Origin: a virus
Lineage: Duplodnaviria; Caudoviricetes
Strand: one strand, 5' to 3'
Virus record (IMG/VR): IMGVR_UViG_3300037603_000033
Location: 1 to 34,377 of that record
DNA length: 34,377 nucleotides
Shown here: positions 9,092 through 18,188 of the stretch, piece by piece
How the letters are laid out: each line of letters opens with the position of its first letter
How positions within the stretch are numbered: the stretch's first letter is position 1
Program-made: the position numbers and the translations under genes
Notes under the pieces: model-generated
Databases searched by the model: none
What the model saw: the letters and a program-made list of their open reading frames with translations, nothing else
What the model was told of the DNA's origin: nothing

Positions 9092-9493
9092 TTAGAACTG
9101 GGCCACCAGCCCGGCCAGGGAGGTCGGCACCGCAGGCCATGCAGAGGCATCGGTGTAGTCGGCAGCTTCATCCGCGGTCAGCGCTTCCGATGTGGCGCGC
9201 ATATCAGCAACCCACGCCGAAAGATCGCCCGCGACGGCCAGTATCTGGAGTTCTCCCTCGGAGCGGACATTCGCATCCTTGGCCGCGATCAACGCACTGG
9301 CGGTGGCAATGTTGCTTTGCGCTTCTTTGGACACCGATGCATAGATCCGGTTGCGGCACTCATTAGACACGGCGGTCTGCCGCAAAGCAGCAAAGGCAGC
9401 ATCGATCACGCCTGGCGGCACACCTGCTGCGGTAAGCTCATCCGCAGCACAATTGATGAACTTGCGGCCATCGTGGGTAAGTGTCAGTCGCAT
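9092..9493 (-). CDS. Putative tail fibre assembly/chaperone protein
   Basis: Directly downstream of the fibre gene; helical with AVSNECRNRI and C-terminal DYTDASAWP, as in fibre chaperones. Confidence 0.6.
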   Translation of the reverse strand: MRLTLTHDGRKFINCAADELTAAGVPPGVIDAAFAALRQTAVSNECRNRIYASVSKEAQSNIATASALIAAKDANVRSEGELQILAVAGDLSAWVADMRATSEALTADEAADYTDASAWPAVPTSLAGLVAQF

Positions 9494-10284
9494 CAGGGCA
9501 CCTCAGTAATGTTGATCAGGTTTTCGACGATGTTTGCCTGGGTCGCTCCGCCGCCGTAGAAGGTCGCGCCGTTCTCCAGGGTCACCGTGGAGGCCGAGAG
9601 CAAGTAAACTGCAAGCGTTGTCCCACCCAGAACCTGCACCGCATCAACCGTGCAGCTTTCAATGGAACAGGTGCCTGCGCCGCCGATTTTCGCCGACATG
9701 AGAAAGACCCCTGCCGGGCCGGAGATCGCGCAGTTTTTGACACCGAGGGTGATGCCGCCGCCGCCGTCCCGCAAGCCGATGAAATGTGCGCCCGAAGTCC
9801 AATCCTCCGCCGGATCGGCCTTGTCTGCCATCTGGATGTCGACCTCGCGGAACAGAATGGACGGGTTGCCGAGGCCGACGAAGCGGTAGAACGTGTTTTT
9901 CGCGCTCCCGTTCACATAGCTGCTGACCTGCAGAACAGGGTTCAGACCGGCCCCATCCTTGATGAACCGCACTGTGGGCCAGACCATCAGGATTTCATCC
10001 TGCAGGATGACGGTCCGCCCCGCGGGGATGCGGATCTCCACGTCGGCCCCGGCCGGAGCCGCGTCCAGCGCCTCTTTCAGAGTCTGAAAGTCCAGTGCAT
10101 TCGGATCTGAGATTGGAAGGTCAGGATCAACTGTGGCGCGAAACCGCATGGCCCCCGCAATTCCGGCATTAACGCTCGCTGTGAAATCGGCGAGCGCTTG
10201 GTCGATTTCACCGATCTTACCGTCAAAGGCTTCGGCGGCGGCGGTCAACGCTGCTGTGGCAGCCGTAATCGCTTCCATGGACAT
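9493..10284 (-). CDS. Putative distal tail fibre / receptor-binding protein
   Basis: N-terminal coiled coil, then FQTLKEALDAAPAGADVEIRIPAG (typical beta-helix cap) and a beta-rich C-terminus; CAGGAG before ATG 10284 (track start 10293 is TTG). Confidence 0.6.
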   Translation of the reverse strand: MSMEAITAATAALTAAAEAFDGKIGEIDQALADFTASVNAGIAGAMRFRATVDPDLPISDPNALDFQTLKEALDAAPAGADVEIRIPAGRTVILQDEILMVWPTVRFIKDGAGLNPVLQVSSYVNGSAKNTFYRFVGLGNPSILFREVDIQMADKADPAEDWTSGAHFIGLRDGGGGITLGVKNCAISGPAGVFLMSAKIGGAGTCSIESCTVDAVQVLGGTTLAVYLLSASTVTLENGATFYGGGATQANIVENLINITEVP

Positions 10285-10289
10285 GATAT

Positions 10290-10814
10290 TCAAACTCCTG
10301 GGTAGGTTCCGGTATTTTGCTTGAAAGCCTCGCTCATTCTGAAAAGGGCCAAGCGCTGTGATGCTTGCTCAGTCAGATTGGCGATTGCGTAATCGAACAG
10401 TTCGTCATCGGGCGCGTTGACGATCAACACTCCCTCAGCGACACGGGTGAAGCTCAGCACATGATCGACTAGATAGGTGATCGCCCCCGTCTGACGGGCC
10501 TGCACATCATTGCCCGCCCAAATGGCGATTAGGTCGCCGTCGGCATCGAAAAAGCCCATCTCACGCACGTAAAACGCCGGGGTGTCAGGGCCGAACTCGG
10601 CTTTAACGCGCCAGGCATTGCTGCCGACGATGTGGCGGGTCTCGATGGCCTGGCGCGCCATCTCGCGCTGCAGTGCGGTTTGCGAGAAGCTCGGGCCATA
10701 GTTCGCGCCGTTGCCATCGCCCAGCGCGATATGCGTGATCGCGACCTGGGTTCCGGAACCGGCGGCGGCCGTGATTTTCGCCTCGGCAATATCGGTCAGA
10801 AGTGTCGACGGCAT
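10290..10814 (-). CDS. Tail fibre proximal (baseplate-anchoring, DUF3751 / gpH N-terminal) protein
   Basis: LLTDIAEAKITAAAGSGTQVAITHIALGDGNG...FYVREMGFFDADGDLIAI. Confidence 0.88.
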   Translation of the reverse strand: MPSTLLTDIAEAKITAAAGSGTQVAITHIALGDGNGANYGPSFSQTALQREMARQAIETRHIVGSNAWRVKAEFGPDTPAFYVREMGFFDADGDLIAIWAGNDVQARQTGAITYLVDHVLSFTRVAEGVLIVNAPDDELFDYAIANLTEQASQRLALFRMSEAFKQNTGTYPGV

Positions 10815-11548
10815 TAGGCTACTGCCCTCCTTTTCACATCATGGAATTCTTCGCTGATCAGCCTTACCCGAACGCAGGGCGCGATCGCGGTGGCCAACCG
10901 CGCCAGCGTTGACCGCGGGCGCGGATCATGCGTCACCTCGGAAAGCACGGCTGCACGCACGCCCGAACGGAGCTGTGCCCCGGCATTCGTCAGTGCCGGG
11001 CGAAGCTCTGCATTTGTCTCGAGCCGGTGCAGATGCGAAGCGCGCGCACCGCTCCGGATCTCGACACCACCCTCAAAGCGCTCGCCGATACGAAGTTCGA
11101 AGTGGGAGCGCGCTGGCTTCGCAGTCTCAACGATCCGGCCAACCTTTGCCAAAAGAGCCGCGTCGACCTGATACCCAGCGTCAAAGATATCCTCGCCGAA
11201 CGCGTCGATGCGAAAGGTATACGGATCGCCGCCATGCTCGAACCATTCCGACAGATCGGTGCCAAAGCCAATTGCCGCCAGAGCGGTCTCCACGGCTTTG
11301 CGGGTGCCTTTCTTCTGATGCACCTCGAAGCTCCGCAGAATGACTTCCCGCTTGGTCTCTTCCGGCCACTCTGGATTCCAGACATCAACGGAGAAGGCAA
11401 AAGCCAGCCAGGGCAGAAGGTCCGCCGGGCAACTGTCCGGGTCCCATACCGCGCGCAAGAGCACAGCCGGTGCCATAGCCGGGCCCGTGACAGTTTCGAG
11501 CGCGCGCTCTTGCCTGGTCGCGTTATGGGGCAGCAAGCTGTCAGACAC
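10814..11548 (-). CDS. Baseplate/tail protein I (P2 gpI)
   Basis: SLLPHNAT, WDPDSCPADLLPWLAFAFSVDVW, HQKKGT, EWFE, AKPARSH; likely GTG start at 11548. Confidence 0.93.
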   Translation of the reverse strand: MSDSLLPHNATRQERALETVTGPAMAPAVLLRAVWDPDSCPADLLPWLAFAFSVDVWNPEWPEETKREVILRSFEVHQKKGTRKAVETALAAIGFGTDLSEWFEHGGDPYTFRIDAFGEDIFDAGYQVDAALLAKVGRIVETAKPARSHFELRIGERFEGGVEIRSGARASHLHRLETNAELRPALTNAGAQLRSGVRAAVLSEVTHDPRPRSTLARLATAIAPCVRVRLISEEFHDVKRRAVA

Positions 11549-12440
11549 TTGCGCCTCCCACATTCACGGAAATTCCGTTGCAATGGGCTGCTTGTTCGTC
11601 ACCTGCTACGATGTCGGCAACCGGACTGTTCAAGGCGACGTTCTGAACGCCGGGCTGGTGTAGGGCAGCATAGAGGCCGGAAAGCGTCACATCCCGGCCA
11701 AGCCGATGTTGTTGGGCGGCGTAAACCGCAACCGCGTCCTCTGCTGCCTGGCGCACCACCGCGCTATCTGGTCCTGGCAGCACGGTCAGAGTAGCGTCGA
11801 TGGCATAGCTCAGGATCGTCGCGCCCTGCACTGAGACATGGTCTGTCAACGGCCGCACATCGTCGGCATCCAGAACAGAACCGACAGCCGCCAGCAGCTC
11901 TGCACTGGCCGACCCGTCGCCGATGCGCGACAGCACAGTGACCAGCACCTCGCCTGGTGTAGGGCTTTGAACACTGGCATCAGCCACGTCTGGATCCGCG
12001 CCCAGCGCATGAAAGATGTAGGCGCCCACCGGCCCCGCGGTGCTCAGCCCTTCGAAAGCCAGGAACATGCGGCGGCGGAAATCGTCGTCGCTTTCCAGCA
12101 CAGGAGCGATTGGCGGCAAGGCATTTGGAGCGCCGGGATCTATGACCAGCCGCTCGACACCATAGCGCGCGGCGATATGGTCTAAGTCAGCACCGGCGGC
12201 ATAAGCAGGCATCACCGCACGCGCCGCATCGTTCAGCTGCTGAACAGCCAAAGTGCGATAGAAGGCGGCCACCTCAAGGATCTTGAAAGCCGGATCGCTC
12301 TCGACCAGCGCACTAAAGGCCGGATCGCGCGCGCGCAGCTCGGTCAGCATGGCGGCAAGTGTCGCCTCGTAGTCCACTGCCTGAAGAACATCAGGCGCAG
12401 GCAGCAGGGAAAGATCAATTGCTGAGAACCCGCCCGCCAT
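11541..12440 (-). CDS. Baseplate assembly protein J (P2 gpJ)
   Basis: IDLSLLPAPDV, LESDDDFRRR, STAGPVGAYIFHALGAD, DVRPLTDHV. Confidence 0.95.
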   Translation of the reverse strand: MAGGFSAIDLSLLPAPDVLQAVDYEATLAAMLTELRARDPAFSALVESDPAFKILEVAAFYRTLAVQQLNDAARAVMPAYAAGADLDHIAARYGVERLVIDPGAPNALPPIAPVLESDDDFRRRMFLAFEGLSTAGPVGAYIFHALGADPDVADASVQSPTPGEVLVTVLSRIGDGSASAELLAAVGSVLDADDVRPLTDHVSVQGATILSYAIDATLTVLPGPDSAVVRQAAEDAVAVYAAQQHRLGRDVTLSGLYAALHQPGVQNVALNSPVADIVAGDEQAAHCNGISVNVGGASV

Positions 12441-12778
12441 CAGCGCACCTCGAGACCATCAAGCGTGACCGGTTGTCCGGTCGGCAGATACTGCCCTTCG
12501 AGCGAGATAACGATGCCGCCCGGCTCCGGCATCTCTACCGAAACCTGCTCGACCTTCAGCCGTGGCTCCCAGGTCTCGAGCGCCTCATAGGTGGCCGCCA
12601 TCATGTCCAAACGGGTGGCATCATTCATGGGCGCATCAACCAGCCTGTAAAGACGGCTGCCATAGTCCCGGCGCATCACACGGGTGCCGATGGGGGTGGT
12701 CAGGATATCCCGCACCGACTGCCGCAGATGCGACAGGCCGGAGAGTTCTTTTCCTGTGGATGCGTCGATGCCAATCAT
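12440..12778 (-). CDS. Baseplate wedge protein W (gpW / T4 gp25 family)
   Basis: HLRQSVRDILTTPIGTRVMRRDYGSRL...WEPRLKV. Confidence 0.95.
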   Translation of the reverse strand: MIGIDASTGKELSGLSHLRQSVRDILTTPIGTRVMRRDYGSRLYRLVDAPMNDATRLDMMAATYEALETWEPRLKVEQVSVEMPEPGGIVISLEGQYLPTGQPVTLDGLEVR

Positions 12779-12810
12779 GCGGCGATCATGGCCGGGCTGG
12801 CAGCCCCCTG

Positions 12811-12827
12811 CCCTCTGGCGGTTTTCC
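12811..12827 (-). promoter_or_regulatory. Late-promoter motif copy upstream of gpW
   Basis: GGAAAACCGCCAGAGGG, 20 nt, CATGAT, 6 nt, then the gpW ATG (no SD sequence; possibly leaderless). Confidence 0.7.
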
Positions 12828-12902
12828 CTCTTTAGGGGTTCTTCAACTATTAAAGCTCACCAAGCCACGCGGACGCACAAATTTTTCCCGCTTCACTAAA
12901 AA

Positions 12903-13586
12903 TCAGTCAAGCCGCAAAGAACGAATCTCGTCTCCGGTCAACTCTTTGTAAATACGCTTTAACTTGGCCGCAGAGTTCTGCAAGTCAGCAGAAAAATGCC
13001 CGCCAATAAAGTCAAAAGCCTCGCCCTGCCGGATGAGCTCAGAGTAATACCCTTCTCCACCACGCGCTCGTATGCCTTCGATGAGTTCCGAAATGACACG
13101 CTCAACGACAAATACAGCGGCCTGCGCCTCGAGCACATCTTTGAACATTTTCTTGTCTTCGACTGCCACATCGAGCGTGTGCTTCCCGAGCAATTCAACT
13201 CTTGGCATCAATATTTTTGTTCTTGACCAGAGCCCATGCCCTTTCGTTGAAATCTCTAGGGTAAATGCCTTCTCAGCATCTTCCTCAACAAAGATCTCTA
13301 CATCTACGTCGTCAAAGCCTTTTTCAATGTCAGCCAAAACACTTCGAACGTTGCTAATCCCACGGACCACCTCCGACAACTCCCGGGAAATAAGAATCTT
13401 TAAAGCGTGGATTTTCCTTCTCGACGCAGCGCGCCTCCGGCAATACTCAATGGTTTCCTTTGTCACGAAAACCAGTATCGAGACGATGGCCGCTACTGTA
13501 AGTGCACTGCCAACAAGATCCTGAAGACTTAGAAGCCAATCCCGAATCCCCCCAAAAATTGTGTTAATAAGTTCTCGGCCTTTCAC
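12903..13586 (-). CDS. Moron: hypothetical protein with one N-terminal TM helix
   Basis: AT-richer 227-aa ORF interrupting the PAAR-W junction; AGGAGGA RBS before GTG; TM LVGSALTVAAIVSILVFVT followed by basic RRRAASRRK. Confidence 0.85.
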   Translation of the reverse strand: MKGRELINTIFGGIRDWLLSLQDLVGSALTVAAIVSILVFVTKETIEYCRRRAASRRKIHALKILISRELSEVVRGISNVRSVLADIEKGFDDVDVEIFVEEDAEKAFTLEISTKGHGLWSRTKILMPRVELLGKHTLDVAVEDKKMFKDVLEAQAAVFVVERVISELIEGIRARGGEGYYSELIRQGEAFDFIGGHFSADLQNSAAKLKRIYKELTGDEIRSLRLD

Positions 13587-13602
13587 GAAAATTCCTCCTG
13601 CG

Positions 13603-13631
13603 AATATAAAGCAAGCTAGCTGCTATCCCAA
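13603..13631 (-). promoter_or_regulatory. Sigma70-like promoter for the moron
   Basis: TTGGGA-N17-TATATT just upstream of the RBS. Confidence 0.55.
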
Positions 13632-13694
13632 AACCGCCACGAAAGCGATAAACCCACTTGCACCAAACCAAGAAAATACTTTAAAAACATAGCC

Positions 13695-13985
13695 TTAATT
13701 TCCAGAAAATACATCCCCAGAACCGTTACCGACCGACGATCCGCAGTCCACAGGATCGCCGATGCGACCTAATTGTTTACCATTGGCAAAGACCGTTGCG
13801 GAACCAACCGCCAGCGCGCCCCCATGCGGCGGGCACACATTGCAGCCATGCAGCGCCCAGCTGTCACCTTGGCGGTGAACAGGGACTCCGTTCACATACA
13901 CGTTGCCGCTGCCACCCGTCGAAGCACGGGGCGGGAAACAGCCGTGCCCGGTGCAAAGATCGCCTTTTCTGGTGACCGCGGGCAT
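13695..13985 (-). CDS. PAAR-domain spike tip protein
   Basis: MPAVTRKGDLCTGHGCFPP, PVHRQGD, QLGRIGDPVDCGS; Cys/His metal ligands. Confidence 0.93.
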   Translation of the reverse strand: MPAVTRKGDLCTGHGCFPPRASTGGSGNVYVNGVPVHRQGDSWALHGCNVCPPHGGALAVGSATVFANGKQLGRIGDPVDCGSSVGNGSGDVFSGN

Positions 13986-14410
13986 CAGTTCAGATCGATC
14001 CGGGCGCCATTGAGTTTGATGCCCCCGGCGTCGATTGTGATGGTTGAACCGTTGGACGAAATGACGATTGCGCCATCTTTCACGCTGATCGACGAAGCCC
14101 CCAGCTGCAGCCGGTGTTCCGCTCCATCACCGGATGGCGCTGCGTTGCTGGCGCTGAATACCGATCCGACAATCACGCCCTGCGCAGTGTCTCCAGATTC
14201 CGACAACACCACCACCTGCTCGCCAATGGCCACTGGCGCCCAGACTTTGATAGTGGCGGCGCGCTCCGCCAGCCATGGCAGCCAGTTGCTCTCGCTTTCA
14301 CCGCCAAAGCTCACCTTGGCGCGGGCGGCGCCCGCATCCACGGCCGTCACCACGCCAAAGCGAACTATGCCCTCGCGCGCCTGCTCATTGCGTGCCGCTC
14401 CATAGCTCAT
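13985..14410 (-). CDS. Baseplate spike protein V (P2 gpV)
   Basis: IVRFGVVTAVD...SNWLPW...WAPVAIGEQVVVLSESGD, beta-helix C-terminus ending RIDLN. Confidence 0.93.
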   Translation of the reverse strand: MSYGAARNEQAREGIVRFGVVTAVDAGAARAKVSFGGESESNWLPWLAERAATIKVWAPVAIGEQVVVLSESGDTAQGVIVGSVFSASNAAPSGDGAEHRLQLGASSISVKDGAIVISSNGSTITIDAGGIKLNGARIDLN

Positions 14411-14943
14411 GCGCCGCCCCCGTCGATCTCGATGTAATCAGTCTCCTGCCCCGGCCCGATGTCAGGCGAGTAACCGATCATCACCTGTTCAGGCACCACG
14501 CCCTCCCCGGTCCAAAAGCTTTGCCCCAGATCGATCTGCTGATCCCACTCGACCGCCCAGACTACGAACTTATCGAATTCCGGATCAAAGGCATCCGGCC
14601 CGATGTAGGTCACTTGCGCCGGGCTCACGCGCTGACCCCAGCGGTTTTGCTGCACCAGCACCCCCAGTGCCCCGGCCAGTTTGCGGATCTCGCGCTCGAC
14701 TTTCACGGTTCGGAAGTTCATCACCACCCGCGCCACCCATTTCGACACCGCAGGCAGCTGTTCTGTGCCCGGATCGCTGTCCGGGTCGATTTCCATGTCC
14801 ACCAGCTCGATCAGCACCGCGGGCAGCTGCAGGGACTTCCGCGGTGCCTCGTAATCTTCGACGGATGCCAGCGCTGGAAACTGGTCACTGATCCTGGCTT
14901 TGATCGCGTCATGCAGCTGATCCAGGTCGAGATTGTCGGCCAT
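14407..14943 (-). CDS. Tail completion/terminator-like protein
   Basis: Between neck and baseplate genes; LHDAIKARISDQFP...LPAVLIEL...VWAVEWDQQIDLG. Confidence 0.65.
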   Translation of the reverse strand: MADNLDLDQLHDAIKARISDQFPALASVEDYEAPRKSLQLPAVLIELVDMEIDPDSDPGTEQLPAVSKWVARVVMNFRTVKVEREIRKLAGALGVLVQQNRWGQRVSPAQVTYIGPDAFDPEFDKFVVWAVEWDQQIDLGQSFWTGEGVVPEQVMIGYSPDIGPGQETDYIEIDGGGA

Positions 14944-14946
14944 GGC

Positions 14947-15495
14947 TTATCCTTTCCCCACACCGTAGATCGTGCGGGCCCGCACCTCGGCCCGGAAATT
15001 CTTGAAAAACACCTCTTCGATCTCGTCGAACACCTCGTCCTCAATGAGGATCTGCGCCTTGTCCTCGATCGGCATGCGTTCCTCCTTGATGGGATAGGCC
15101 CGCTGCGTCGCCCGGCGCATCACGGTTGGCCGCCCCTTGGAATTTCGCCCGACAAATGCTCCGGGGAAGTCTCGCCCGCCATACCGGGCGCCGCCGCCGG
15201 TGCGCAGAGCTCGGCCCTTGAAGGCAGACACGCGCATGTCATTGAGGCCGAACCACATGCGCACCTCGCCCAGGCTCTTGCCGCGGCTGAACCGGAACCC
15301 CTGCAGGCGCTTGCGCAGCTCTGCCGCCGTGCGCAGCTGCAGCTCGGTGCGCAGCCCCTTGCGGGCGCGGGTCTTCATGGTCTGCGCGGTGCGGCGCAAC
15401 GCGCGGGAATAGGCAAACCGCAGGTCTTTTTCGCTCGCCTCGAACTCATCGGCGATGCGTTTCAATTCCCGCGCATCGAAGTCAAAGGCGAGCAT
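14947..15495 (-). CDS. Neck / minor tail protein (lambda gpZ-like)
   Basis: Very basic; AYSRALRRTA, FPGAFV, VMRRATQRAYPI; start MLAFDFD at 15495. Confidence 0.7.
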   Translation of the reverse strand: MLAFDFDARELKRIADEFEASEKDLRFAYSRALRRTAQTMKTRARKGLRTELQLRTAAELRKRLQGFRFSRGKSLGEVRMWFGLNDMRVSAFKGRALRTGGGARYGGRDFPGAFVGRNSKGRPTVMRRATQRAYPIKEERMPIEDKAQILIEDEVFDEIEEVFFKNFRAEVRARTIYGVGKG

Positions 15496-15499
15496 GGCC

Positions 15500-15811
15500 T
15501 CAGTCCTCGGCCATGCGCAGCACCGCAAAGCCGGTGCCATCCGGCTGCGGCGCGGTCAGTAGGTAATAGATCTTCGCCCCGATCTGCACCTGGTCCTGCT
15601 CTGCCAGATCGGCCACGTCCGACATCTTACAGGTGAGGCGCGGCTCGCTGGCGTCGGCCTCATACTCGCCGAGCTGGGCGTTCAGATGCGGATCGTCGAA
15701 AATGCCCCGGATGGTACGGGAAACGCCCCCCTGCGGCGTGACGCTCGCCTCGATGGCGAAATCATCAAGCTGCAGGAAGGCGTCAGCATCTTCCCAGGAA
15801 GGTGCGGGCAT
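15500..15811 (-). CDS. Head-tail joining protein (lambda FII-like)
   Basis: IRGIFDDP...PRLTC...PQPDGTGFAVLRM; follows the capsid gene. Confidence 0.8.
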   Translation of the reverse strand: MPAPSWEDADAFLQLDDFAIEASVTPQGGVSRTIRGIFDDPHLNAQLGEYEADASEPRLTCKMSDVADLAEQDQVQIGAKIYYLLTAPQPDGTGFAVLRMAED

Positions 15812-16041
15812 CAGCTTGCGCCGCCCTCGCCTTCACCCGACTTGGCTGCCGGTTCTTTCTTGGCGGCCGAAGCCTTGCCCTTGGCCCCGCCCTGCGCTTC
15901 GACTTTGCCGCGCTTCATCAGGCCATGGGCTTCGGTAGCGGTCAGCTCGACGGTATCCTTGGGCTTCTTGATCCCGCCATCCCAGACGAATGCGCTGGTG
16001 ACGGTGAAGGTCTTTTTCTGGGGCTTTTTCTGGTCGCTCAT
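15811..16041 (-). CDS. Small Lys-rich capsid-associated hypothetical protein
   Basis: MSDQKKPQKKTFTVTSAFVWDG...VELTATEAHGLMKRGK; GAGGA RBS; immediately after the capsid gene. Confidence 0.7.
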   Translation of the reverse strand: MSDQKKPQKKTFTVTSAFVWDGGIKKPKDTVELTATEAHGLMKRGKVEAQGGAKGKASAAKKEPAAKSGEGEGGAS

Positions 16042-16109
16042 AGTCTCTTGTCCTCTTCCGGGGGAAAGCGCCCGGGCCACAATCGGCCAGGGCCAAAGAT
16101 CACTGCGGG

Positions 16110-18188
16110 TTAGCTGGCGTCGGTGCCGTAGCAGAGACCTGCCGGGTGGCGCAGAACGTAGTCAGCATCCTGCATGCACACGATGCGCAGGCGGCCGCGG
16201 CGGCTGTGGGTGTAGGGATCGACGGTGATGTCGAGCCCGCCCCACATGCCGACCAGGACGTTGCCGAAATCACCGTGGAAAACGTCGCCATCCTGAATCT
16301 GATTGGTGACCTCGCCGCGATAGCCGTTCACGGTGTTGTCGCTCTCCCAGATCGGCGCCCCGTTGGTACCGGCGAATTTCTGTGTGCTCTTGAAGTGGCC
16401 GCGCATCTTGGCGTTCTGCACATAGGCCATCCGGTTCACATCGGCGTTGGCCGCGGCGATCTGGCTTTCCATCTCGATCACTTCCGCCCAGGTCGGCAGA
16501 ACCGACCCGCCGCCCGAAGCAGCGCCGCCGAAATCAACCACGTTGACGCCATTGGTGTTGGCAATCCCCAGAGGCTGATCGCCGGTGCCCGTGCCATAGA
16601 AGCCCGCAAGGTCCAGCGATGTCGCCAGAGCCAGCGCCAGATCGCTGCGCACCAGCGCCTCGATATCCATGCTGGACTGTTTCAGGGTGCGCCGGGTGAT
16701 TTCCGAATAAGCCGCAACGGTCTTCGGCGAGAACTGGCGCTGCCCGAGGCTCAGCAGATCCTCGGCGGCCTCGTCGTCTTCGCCGATCCAGTAACCGGTA
16801 GCCCCACCTTCCTGGGTCGGAATATCCGGATTGCCCACCAGCCCCATCAGAGGCATCGCAAGCTGCAGCAGGATCGTGCGGTTGCGCAGCATCTGGATGA
16901 AGCTCTGGGTCAGCAGCGGATTTGCGATGGTGTGCCCGCCGGTATCCGCCGCGGTGGCGCCGCCGCTGCCGGTGTTCAGAGGCGCACGCATCAGCACCTC
17001 CATCGGCACCATGATGCCCTGCGCATCGCGGCCCTGCGCATCTGCTGCGGCGTCCGAGGCCTCGAATTCAAAGGCGGCCGCCTCCTGCGCCGACCGGTCG
17101 GACGGGTTGGCCAGGGCACGGATGGCCCGCAAGAAGGAAAACTGCTCTGCCTCGCCATCGGTCAGGCCGATGCCGCCGCGCTCGCTGATCTGGCGGTTCT
17201 CGGTGCTGCGCTGATGCAGGTGATCAAGCAGACGCTCGCGCATCTCCGAAACGCCACGCCGCTCCGAAATCATTTGGTTTGCAAGATCCGGCGCGTTGTA
17301 TTCTCGGCCGAGCTCAGTCAGCTCGCGCACGCGGGTCGCTTCCTGCTCCTGCGCGCGTTGCACGATTGCAGTTTCAGCCTCTCCAGCACGCTCGAGCACC
17401 TCGACCACTTCGACGATCTTGCCGTCTTCGTCCACTTTTGCCCGGACCAGATTGCCCTCGGCGTCGCGGGTGATGATCGTTTTCATCTCACTATCCCTTT
17501 TCTGAGTATCCGCGGGCTGGGTTTCCGCGCCCGTAACTTCTCCCGCAGCTTGCCGCTCTGCGGGGCTGCCGCCCTCTGGCGGAATTTCCAGTTCCCGGCC
17601 CACCCCAACGCTGGGATCCGCGGGAACCGGCACGATCGAGATCTCGTAAGGCTCCCAGCGCGTGACGGTCACCAGGTTCGGCTCCGCCTCGCGGTGTTCC
17701 TCTTCGATCTTCATCACCCGGTAGCCAACCGACACATGCCGCCGGATGCCGTCGATGATGTCCTGAAAGATCTCGTCAGCGCGCGGGCTGCGGCCGAACC
17801 GCACCACCGCCCGGCCGACACCATCAGCATCGATGCGCGCACTTTCCACGACACCGATCTGATCATCCCAATCGTGCCCGACCAGAACCGCGCCACCGTC
17901 GAGCAGGCGGTCGAGCTGGACAGCTTCGGGCTCATGCGACAGCACTTCATCGCCGAACCAGCGCCGCACCGGCATCGTGCTGGAAAACGCCAGCTCAACC
18001 GTGCGCTTTTCCTGATCGATCTCGCGAACCTCACCGGCCCGGCGCAGGCCGCCCTCGGCGCGCGCATTGATCTGTTCCGGCGTGACCCCACGGGTCAGGG
18101 TACGCCCGACCAGATCAGCTGGTGTTCGGATTTCCTTGGTCGGCCCCTTCACCGGTGTTTCCGGCTTCTGGATCGGCTGCTTGGCCAT
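16110..18188 (-). CDS. Fused HK97-type prohead protease + scaffold-like linker + major capsid protein
   Basis: N-terminal RTVELAFSS...LVGHDWDDQIGVVE...VSVGY...EISIVPVPADPSVGVGR (protease); C-terminal HK97 fold (FIQMLRN, WIGED, SPKTVAA, GDFGN, DPYT). Confidence 0.95.
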   Translation of the reverse strand: MAKQPIQKPETPVKGPTKEIRTPADLVGRTLTRGVTPEQINARAEGGLRRAGEVREIDQEKRTVELAFSSTMPVRRWFGDEVLSHEPEAVQLDRLLDGGAVLVGHDWDDQIGVVESARIDADGVGRAVVRFGRSPRADEIFQDIIDGIRRHVSVGYRVMKIEEEHREAEPNLVTVTRWEPYEISIVPVPADPSVGVGRELEIPPEGGSPAERQAAGEVTGAETQPADTQKRDSEMKTIITRDAEGNLVRAKVDEDGKIVEVVEVLERAGEAETAIVQRAQEQEATRVRELTELGREYNAPDLANQMISERRGVSEMRERLLDHLHQRSTENRQISERGGIGLTDGEAEQFSFLRAIRALANPSDRSAQEAAAFEFEASDAAADAQGRDAQGIMVPMEVLMRAPLNTGSGGATAADTGGHTIANPLLTQSFIQMLRNRTILLQLAMPLMGLVGNPDIPTQEGGATGYWIGEDDEAAEDLLSLGQRQFSPKTVAAYSEITRRTLKQSSMDIEALVRSDLALALATSLDLAGFYGTGTGDQPLGIANTNGVNVVDFGGAASGGGSVLPTWAEVIEMESQIAAANADVNRMAYVQNAKMRGHFKSTQKFAGTNGAPIWESDNTVNGYRGEVTNQIQDGDVFHGDFGNVLVGMWGGLDITVDPYTHSRRGRLRIVCMQDADYVLRHPAGLCYGTDAS
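17572..17589 (-). promoter_or_regulatory. Late-promoter motif copy inside the protease-capsid gene
   Basis: GGAAATTCCGCCAGAGGG, 19 nt, CAAGCT; upstream of AAAGGGA and in-frame ATG 17486 (MKTIITRD). Confidence 0.6.

Noticed and set aside
8971-9171. N-terminal extensions in the ORF track (sheath; likewise X, tape measure, gpZ-like, DUF1064, MTase)
   Set aside because: They overlap upstream genes or regulatory DNA; downstream starts have RBSs or family-typical N-termini
9493-10814. Diversity-generating retroelement or invertible fibre cassette
   Set aside because: No reverse transcriptase, invertase or template/variable repeat pair seen in the window
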